The notes under the pieces are model-generated. The model worked only from the letters and a program-made list of their open reading frames with translations, was not told the origin of the DNA and did not search any database. Made by a program: the position numbers and the translations under genes. A stretch of 64,000 nt of DNA from a virus, in IMG/VR virus record IMGVR_UViG_3300012936_000003, positions 1-64,000 of that record; one strand, given 5' to 3'. This document shows, one piece after another, positions 58,485 through 64,000 of this stretch (positions are counted from its first letter, which is position 1; every line of letters starts with the position of its first letter).

Positions 58485-59015
58485 TCAACCCATCACAGTG
58501 ACACGATATTGCCCAATCTCGTCGCAATGTGCCATATATAAAGTGATTTTTTCTTGTTCAATTTCTACCGATACGTCAACGATCTGATCGGAGTTGGAGG
58601 TATCCACAATCTGCACGAAAACATCTTTACTTTGGAAAGGATTTTCAACTTCGTAGATGTTGGTCCCGTGCTCATCTACGGTGTGCGATATGACGCCATC
58701 ACTGCCCATTTGAAGAACATATGAGACCTTTTGTAGAGTCTGTTCAATAATAGAAGCAACCTCTTGTTCAAGTTCTGTAAGGGCAGTCTGAAGACCATCG
58801 GTAATGGTTTCAAAAATATCTAACTGGTTAACCAAGCCCGCAATCGTTGAGTAGATATTACTCAGATTTGATTGGACGGCATTAACCTTTTGAGTAAGAA
58901 GCTGAATCTGGGAAGCGGTATCTCCAATTCCAATGGCAGAAATCTGCTTTCTTAATTTCTTCTCCAACAGTTGTCTCGTTACTGCTGAATGTACCAGTCC
59001 ATTGTTCCTACTCAT
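58485..59015 (-). CDS. Coiled-coil protein with C-terminal fibre-type beta module
   Basis: Heptad segment, then ENPFQSKDVFVQIVD…VDVSVEI…ITLY…YRVTVMG, resembling small HNL-type C-terminal modules of phage fibre proteins. Confidence 0.55.
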   Translation of the reverse strand: MSRNNGLVHSAVTRQLLEKKLRKQISAIGIGDTASQIQLLTQKVNAVQSNLSNIYSTIAGLVNQLDIFETITDGLQTALTELEQEVASIIEQTLQKVSYVLQMGSDGVISHTVDEHGTNIYEVENPFQSKDVFVQIVDTSNSDQIVDVSVEIEQEKITLYMAHCDEIGQYRVTVMG

Positions 59016-59025
59016 TTTTTACCAC

Positions 59026-59343
59026 CTACAGTAAATTGGCTCGGTTCACGTCTAAAACGCCGTCTCCCAAACTATTGCTAGAAATTCCTGTTAATTCTAC
59101 CACAGCGGTAGCGGTTCCAGCAAGAGTGAAACCAAGCACTGCAACTTCAAATCTTACAACCGAATTCGCCGGAATTGAAAAAGCGTTTCCGTCATCTCCG
59201 GCAAAGGCGATTGAACCCGGTCCAGCAGCGGTAGACACCGTGATGGCTCTAGACACTCTCTTTAATGAGTGTGATCCGGCTGCGTTAATCACCAGTGGTG
59301 TACCAGATTTTTGAAAGGTTGCTGAATTGTGTAATCCTGACAT
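59026..59343 (-). CDS. Small beta-rich putative virion protein, 105 aa
   Basis: AGGAG RBS, late-promoter motif upstream, Ala/Gly/Ser-rich beta pattern. Confidence 0.6.
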   Translation of the reverse strand: MSGLHNSATFQKSGTPLVINAAGSHSLKRVSRAITVSTAAGPGSIAFAGDDGNAFSIPANSVVRFEVAVLGFTLAGTATAVVELTGISSNSLGDGVLDVNRANLL

Positions 59344-59378
59344 TATTTTGATCTCCTTGTTGGCTCACATAGCCTTCT

Positions 59379-59388
59379 TATAATTAGT
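59379..59388 (-). promoter_or_regulatory. Putative late promoter ACTAATTATA
   Basis: 35 nt upstream of ATG 59343, in the divergent intergenic region. Confidence 0.55.
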
Positions 59389-59496
59389 TCGCTGAAAAAG
59401 TAAAAGAAAAATATTTATATTTTCTTCTTTTTTAGTTGCACGGAGATAGTTAATTTATAAGGGATTGAAATATTAATGCTTTAGGGTGGACTATGA

Positions 59497-60414
59497 ATGG
59501 AGAGATTCATAAAACTTACTAAATTGATTGGGATTTTTACTCTATCAATAACACTTGTCGGATGCGCTAGTACAAAAGTAATTGCTCCAACTGACTCGTT
59601 CGTAAGACTTTATTCCGACCATGAACTCAACGTTTGTGCCTCAAAGAAAATAAAAGAAGATAAAGGTTGGCAATCCTCCGGAATGCCGGAATGTATACAA
59701 TACAACGTAAGAAGTTCCGCAAGCGGCTCAATCATTGACCACTATAAAGATCCAAGCACAAAAGAAGACAAGAGTCTTGTTTTGAGCGTTGCTCATTTTT
59801 GTTCTCTATCTGAAGGACAGCTAATCAACATGATACCATCCGAAGGTCTACAACAGATGGTACAGCTTGGACTATATGAAATTAAATCACACAAAATTTC
59901 TCAACAGTCTTTAACCACGATTTACAGTAAAAACTATCGTGTAATTAAGAACATTGCATCTGACGCACAGGTAGATGTTTGTCTGCTTGAATCTGAGAGG
60001 TTGCCAGTCAAGAGGTTGCCGATTTTAAAATCAAACGCAGAGTATGGTGAAAGGATCCTCAACATGGCAGCGCCGTGGGGATACTTTAACCCGCCAAATA
60101 TTTTTATTGATGAAGGTTTATATCTGGGTGAGTGTGGCAATACAAACACGTGCCTCAATTACGGCTCTTTTGCTATTTCCGGAGTATATGCTGGTCAAGG
60201 TAGCTCGGGTTCTCCAATCCTTGTCAGGAGGGCAGGTAGGTGGTATATCGCAGGTATTATTCACACAGTAAAGATTGCTCCGTTTGGCGGCACATACTTA
60301 CCAATGGGCGCTTCGGTTGAGCAAATACAGAAAGTAATTCAATCAAATTTTATTCCATACAAAAACTCTAGGGACATAGTTATTTCAGATCCCAAGGAAC
60401 CTTCCATGAAGTGA
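59497..60414 (+). CDS. Trypsin-like serine protease lipoprotein
   Basis: Lipobox LVG|C; catalytic triad motifs LSVAHFC, VDVCLL, GQGSSGSPIL. Confidence 0.82.
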   Translation: MERFIKLTKLIGIFTLSITLVGCASTKVIAPTDSFVRLYSDHELNVCASKKIKEDKGWQSSGMPECIQYNVRSSASGSIIDHYKDPSTKEDKSLVLSVAHFCSLSEGQLINMIPSEGLQQMVQLGLYEIKSHKISQQSLTTIYSKNYRVIKNIASDAQVDVCLLESERLPVKRLPILKSNAEYGERILNMAAPWGYFNPPNIFIDEGLYLGECGNTNTCLNYGSFAISGVYAGQGSSGSPILVRRAGRWYIAGIIHTVKIAPFGGTYLPMGASVEQIQKVIQSNFIPYKNSRDIVISDPKEPSMK

Positions 60415-61436
60415 TTAAAAATATAGCCAACTCTGTACTTGCAACAACACTTTTCTTATCAGGTTGTGTTACAGATTATGCTGTGGTCGCCCCCAAAGAA
60501 TATATTGAAGTTGTGGTTGAAGTGGAAGTGCCCGTAGAGGATACCGGAGACCACGGGTGGGACGGCGATGTTTGGGTAGATCATTTCTACCAATCAGCAT
60601 CTATGGACGGTATTGATATTCTATGGGTTATTGATCGTTCCGGTTCAATGGACATACACAATACCAGATTATTATTTGGCATTGAATCAATGCTAAACGT
60701 GTTAAACAGTCTACCAATAACAACACAGTGGAGACTCGCCATGATGAGCGCAGATGCAACAAAGAGTGTTAACGAGACACAGTTCCCTTTGACATATGGC
60801 GCAGACATTGTAGATGCAACAGACATGTTCAATGCGATTCTTGTGGGTGGATATGAAGAAGGTTTTGATGCATCATACGAATATATCATAAACAATTCAT
60901 ATTCAAGCACTTGGATGAGAAATGATGCTGCATTATTAATTGTTTTTGTTTCTGATGAACCAGAGCAGAGTTCGGGATTTACAGGAGCGTCTGACTATAT
61001 TAGTTGGCTGACAACACTCGGAAGACCACAAGTATATGTATCAAGCATTGTAAATCTTAAACCAGACGACTCAACATGCAATGGCTTAATGAGTAATGTA
61101 GGTACAGAATATATTGATGCTACAAACATGCTTAGTGGGGTTGTCGTAGACATATGTTCTGAAGATTGGAGTCCCGGCATGACAGATGCAGCAAACCAGC
61201 TAGAACCAGTGCTAAAATTCAAACTCTCTCACGAGCCATACGAAGACTCTATTGAGGTCTTTGTGGATGGTCAAATTTATGACAAAACTTTGTGGTATTA
61301 TGAATCTTCTATCAACAGCGTGATATTTACTGCGACCGATAGTGCTGGTGAACTAATAGGACCACCAGCTAGTTCTCTAGTGGAGGTTGGATATGTATAT
61401 GAAAAAGATGATGAAGAAAGCGACACAGGCAATTAA
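60411..61436 (+). CDS. vWA-domain (MIDAS) lipoprotein
   Basis: Lipobox LSG|C; DILWVIDRSGSM (DxSxS), EEGF, LLIVFVSDEPEQS; C-terminal beta domain; GTGA overlap with the protease gene. Confidence 0.82.
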   Translation: MIKNIANSVLATTLFLSGCVTDYAVVAPKEYIEVVVEVEVPVEDTGDHGWDGDVWVDHFYQSASMDGIDILWVIDRSGSMDIHNTRLLFGIESMLNVLNSLPITTQWRLAMMSADATKSVNETQFPLTYGADIVDATDMFNAILVGGYEEGFDASYEYIINNSYSSTWMRNDAALLIVFVSDEPEQSSGFTGASDYISWLTTLGRPQVYVSSIVNLKPDDSTCNGLMSNVGTEYIDATNMLSGVVVDICSEDWSPGMTDAANQLEPVLKFKLSHEPYEDSIEVFVDGQIYDKTLWYYESSINSVIFTATDSAGELIGPPASSLVEVGYVYEKDDEESDTGN

Positions 61437-61533
61437 AAACGTTGGAGCTTTTTCAGCAGGAATGTTTGTAGGGACAGTTTACGGCTCAGTGGTTGCCGCA
61501 ATTACTTCATACGCCGTTCTATCTACTTTCTAA
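61393..61533 (+). CDS. Small single-TM peptide (46 aa; absent from the ORF track)
   Basis: GGAGG at 61382-61386, ATG 61393; MYMKKMMKKATQAIKNVGAFSAGMFVGTVYGSVVAAITSYAVLSTF*, with tandem GxxxG. Confidence 0.55.
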   Translation: MYMKKMMKKATQAIKNVGAFSAGMFVGTVYGSVVAAITSYAVLSTF

Positions 61534-62035
61534 ACCCTACAAGATAAGGTAGCCATTTCTCGTGTACCTTTTCCTTTTCAATAATATGAAACATCTGTGA
61601 GCTTGGCTGCATCGGCTGTTTTAATGGTTGCATACCTGCTTGAAATGGGAGCTTATCTCCCTTTATTTGGTTACACTTTTTACAGCACGTCACAATGTTC
61701 TCCCATGTCTTTGGACCGCCCTTGCTTCTGGGTGTCACGTGATCCAAGGTAAGTTTGTCTGTTGGGAATTGACCTCCACAATATTGACAAACGTTTCCAT
61801 CTCGCCAGAAAACATTCTTTCTATTACACTTCAGAGTTAATTTGTCCCTTTTGATATATCTGTTTAGGGAGACAACACTGGGTACTGGGAATTTTTCATA
61901 AGCAGAGTGTATAAACTCATCGTCATAAACTTCAACTATGTTTGCACGCCCCATATATATTAAACAGAAAGCCTCAAAAGAATTAATTATCTGAACAGGT
62001 CTGTATGATGAGTCTAATTTTAAAGTTCTTCTCAT
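61523..62035 (-). CDS. HNH endonuclease (McrA/HNH_5-like)
   Basis: NRKNVFWRDGNVCQYCG…LTLDHVTPRSKGG…WENIVTCCKKCNQIKG. Confidence 0.92.
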   Translation of the reverse strand: MRRTLKLDSSYRPVQIINSFEAFCLIYMGRANIVEVYDDEFIHSAYEKFPVPSVVSLNRYIKRDKLTLKCNRKNVFWRDGNVCQYCGGQFPTDKLTLDHVTPRSKGGPKTWENIVTCCKKCNQIKGDKLPFQAGMQPLKQPMQPSSQMFHIIEKEKVHEKWLPYLVGFRK

Positions 62036-62052
62036 CCAAACCTCCTGTTAAT

Positions 62053-62304
62053 TCAACGAACAATTTCAACATCAACTACGTCAGTGTCTGTCTCAATCCA
62101 AACTTTAGCTCCGCAACTTAAAGGCTTTTTGGAATTATACACTACCTTGGCGACAAGCTCGCCGTCCTTATTCTTGATGTGGACTTCTTTAGCGTATTTA
62201 TTTTCCTTATACGTCTTTACAGATATTACTGGATATGTTTCTGAGTTTAAAGTATTGTTTTTCCTAATGTTGTGTGCATTAACATGTATAACTTTTTTCA
62301 TCAT
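62053..62304 (-). CDS. Conserved-looking phage hypothetical protein, 83 aa
   Basis: KKVIHVN…PVISVKTYK…[13 protein letters not shown]. Confidence 0.75.
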   Translation of the reverse strand: MMKKVIHVNAHNIRKNNTLNSETYPVISVKTYKENKYAKEVHIKNKDGELVAKVVYNSKKPLSCGAKVWIETDTDVVDVEIVR

Positions 62305-62315
62305 ATTTTCCTAAG

Positions 62316-62392
<77 letters not shown>

Positions 62393-62397
62393 ATAAA

Positions 62398-62435
62398 TTG
62401 GCTGGGGTGAGGTAATTCCCATCACCCCTTGCCAA
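62398..62435. other. Intergenic stem-loop between clpP and tRNA-Pro
   Basis: TTGGC..GGGGTGA / TCACCCC..GCCAA inverted repeat. Confidence 0.55.
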
Positions 62436-62438
62436 ACT

Positions 62439-63053
62439 CTAGATAATCTCGTCAATCAGTCCATAACTTAAACACTTTTCTGCGTCCCACCACAGGTCAT
62501 GTTTAAGAATCTTATCTAGTTCTTTTTTTGGAATCTTTGTGTGTTCTTCATAAATTTCTTTAATGACCTTCATGAAATTGTCACAGTTTTCCATGTCATC
62601 TTTAATTTCTTCATACTTCCCCCAAAAACCGGAAGAAAGCTGATGAATAAGCATATAGGCGTGTTTATGCATCTGGCGATGACTGGCACATACACTCATA
62701 ATAGTACCAGCAGATGCAGCGCATCCATCAATAACTGATGTTACTGGTGTCTTTGATTTTAGAATATAATCAGAAGAAGATAATCCAGCAAAAACACTTC
62801 CACCGTATGAATTGATGTGTACAAAGATTCTTCCGGGATCTGTGCTTAGGGCGACAGCCCTGTTCTGAAGACTTACGTCTAGACTATGTAATGCCTTATT
62901 AAGTTCTAGGTTCTTAGCCCTGCTTACTTCTGAATAAAAATAGATTCTGTTATTGACAGTCTCTACCCTGTTGTTATCATCTGAAGAAGCATTTTCAGAT
63001 CCGCAAATTGCAGATTCTTTCTTTGAACTTAACCAGTGAATATCTTTTTTCAT
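62439..63053 (-). CDS. clpP: ClpP-like serine protease
   Basis: NRIYFY, HINSYGGSVFAG, GCAASAGT (catalytic Ser), MLIHQLS (His), DLWWDAEKCLSYGLIDEI. Confidence 0.92.
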   Translation of the reverse strand: MKKDIHWLSSKKESAICGSENASSDDNNRVETVNNRIYFYSEVSRAKNLELNKALHSLDVSLQNRAVALSTDPGRIFVHINSYGGSVFAGLSSSDYILKSKTPVTSVIDGCAASAGTIMSVCASHRQMHKHAYMLIHQLSSGFWGKYEEIKDDMENCDNFMKVIKEIYEEHTKIPKKELDKILKHDLWWDAEKCLSYGLIDEII

Positions 63054-63080
63054 CGTTTCTCCTTATTGTCGTTGAAAAAG

Positions 63081-63157
63081 TGGCACGCCCGAGAGGACTT
63101 GAACCTCTAACCCTCGGTTTAGAAGACCGATGCTCTATCCAGTTGAGCTACGGGCGC
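63081..63157 (-). tRNA. tRNA-Arg (anticodon UCU)
   Basis: GCGCCCGTAGCTCAACTGGATAGAGCATCGGTCT-TCT-AAACCGAGGGTTAGAGGTTCAAGTCCTCTCGGGCGTGCCA. Confidence 0.97.
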
Positions 63158-63170
63158 ATATCTTTCTATT

Positions 63171-63199
63171 AATATAACACGAGTTGCAGCAATTGTCAA
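63171..63199 (-). promoter_or_regulatory. Sigma70-type promoter for tRNA-Arg/clpP
   Basis: TTGACA (63199-63194), 17-bp spacer ending TGT, TATATT (63176-63171); 13 nt upstream of tRNA-Arg. Confidence 0.8.
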
Positions 63200-63201
63200 A
63201 T

Positions 63202-63244
63202 AAAAAAACTACCTTACAGACAAAAAATCTCATAAGGTAGTTTT
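63202..63244 (-). terminator. Putative terminator hairpin
   Basis: AAAACTACCTTA / TAAGGTAGTTTT 12-bp inverted repeat with a T run on the minus strand, after the 56-aa gene. Confidence 0.6.
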
Positions 63245-63271
63245 CAAAAGTTCGGACATCAAAGAATTTAA

Positions 63272-63442
63272 TTATTCTTCTTCTACAGCGTCTTTAGCTT
63301 TTCCTAGTAGCTTCGCAACTGATGCACGAAGTTTTCCCACAGGACTAATCATGTGCTCTAAAATAAGACCGGTGCTTAGACCAATGGTCAGAGTAATTGA
63401 ATGAGCGGCTACGAATTCTACAATTTGGTTTAAAGTTTCCAT
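63272..63442 (-). CDS. Small membrane protein, 56 aa
   Basis: Start METLNQ after AGAGG, immediately 3' of tmRNA; one hydrophobic segment. Confidence 0.65.
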   Translation of the reverse strand: METLNQIVEFVAAHSITLTIGLSTGLILEHMISPVGKLRASVAKLLGKAKDAVEEE

Positions 63443-63462
63443 AATAGTTTCCTCTTTTTTGT

Positions 63463-63831
63463 TGGTGGAGGTGGTGGGAGTTGAACCCACGTCCGCAATA
63501 GTTTTAATATCAAGTCATTCACAAGTTTATTTAGTTTACTATCACAAACTAACAAAGATAGACAGAAAATCCCGGTGCTTACTGCCCTGTTGCACTCCAC
63601 CTATAAATAGGGAACCATTTTGGTTTTGTTTGTTTCAGTGGAACCACCCACTTAATCAGCTTTGGTTACAAGGTTGCTGATCACCCCGTCGCATCAATAC
63701 TGTTTAAGCAGCAAGTGCGAAGTCAACGTTGTCGTTGGCATTTAAAGTTTTGCTACACTGTCAAGCTATGTGTTGCCGTTAGCTACTTGCACTCTCAACC
63801 TCTACTACCCCGTCAAATCCACGTCACCCCC
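63463..63831 (-). ncRNA. ssrA: tmRNA, one-piece, 369 nt, tag (A)ANDNVDFALAA*
   Basis: 5' GGGGGTGACGTGGATTTGAC; 3' GACGTGGGTTCAACTCCCACCACCTCCACCA; acceptor stem with G3:U; tag ORF 63739-63704 after TTTAAAT. Confidence 0.95.
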
Positions 63832-64000
63832 GTTAATGTATTGTTCAATATTGAACTTCTTATATAGTTGTCTGAATCTTTTTGGTGTGAGACCCAAGAA
63901 CCTACTTGCTTCTGATTTTGTCTTAGCAGAAGACACCGCAAATAATAGTAGTGATTCTTTGATCATGTCTTGAAGTGAATACCATATTGGAAAACCATAG
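63805..64000 (-). CDS. Fis-like helix-turn-helix protein (5' end outside the window); its stop lies inside tmRNA
   Basis: …MIKESLLLFAVSSAKTKSEASRFLGLTPKRFRQLYKKFNIEQYINGGDVDLTG*, matching the Fis/NtrC HTH pattern; TAG at 63807-63805. Confidence 0.7.
   Translation of the reverse strand, partial: YGFPIWYSLQDMIKESLLLFAVSSAKTKSEASRFLGLTPKRFRQLYKKFNIEQYINGGDVDLTG

Noticed and set aside
52220-59015. Diversity-generating retroelement or invertible fibre cassette
   Set aside because: No reverse transcriptase, recombinase, near-identical TR/VR pair or flanking inverted repeats were seen; the paralogs are highly diverged.
583-59314. Many short plus-strand and nested ORFs in the track
   Set aside because: They are shadows of long minus-strand genes with antisense-type composition and no RBS or motif support.
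61523-62035. HNH gene as an intron- or intein-associated homing element
   Set aside because: It is free-standing with its own GGAGG RBS, and no interrupted host gene flanks it.
63459-63973. Plus-strand ORFs 63459-63680 and 63770-63973, and the GTG extension of ORF 63272-63490
   Set aside because: They are antisense to, or read through, tmRNA and the Fis-like gene, with no RBS or recognisable protein features.

Overview
A gene-dense segment of a large, myovirus-type (contractile-tailed) dsDNA bacteriophage genome. Nearly all genes are on the minus strand, use the standard code and have GGAGG-type RBSs. Reading the minus strand from right to left: (1) a partial Fis-like HTH gene that runs into a complete tmRNA (tag ANDNVDFALAA), then tRNA-Arg(UCU), a ClpP-like protease, tRNA-Pro(UGG) and an HNH nuclease; (2) the only plus-strand island, with a trypsin-like protease lipoprotein, a vWA lipoprotein and a small TM peptide; (3) three paralogous coiled-coil fibre-like genes, the first preceded by a structured leader and carrying an internal in-frame start; (4) PIN-PhoH, an HExxH protein, a PD-(D/E)XK nuclease, two GT-B glycosyltransferases, an FmdB zinc ribbon and a T4 gp55-like late sigma factor; (5) a ~38 kb baseplate/tail block with a gp5-like hub carrying NlpC/P60 and M15 peptidase domains, a spike, a 2279-aa SH3b protein, gp25, gp6/J, a DNRLRE protein, a 4146-aa LamG protein and four genes holding halves of a tail-collar-like domain; (6) RuvC, primase, a fused Mre11-Rad50 (SbcD-SbcC) and a probable lysis cassette. 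A recurring sense-strand motif, (A/C)CTAWTTAT(A), precedes operon starts. The most notable observations are the Fis-like ORF whose stop codon lies inside tmRNA (a possible self-tagging circuit next to ClpP), the paralogous fibre trio with two in-frame isoforms and an RBS-occluding hairpin, and the divergent lipoprotein island. All product calls come from motif recognition by eye; no database searches were run.
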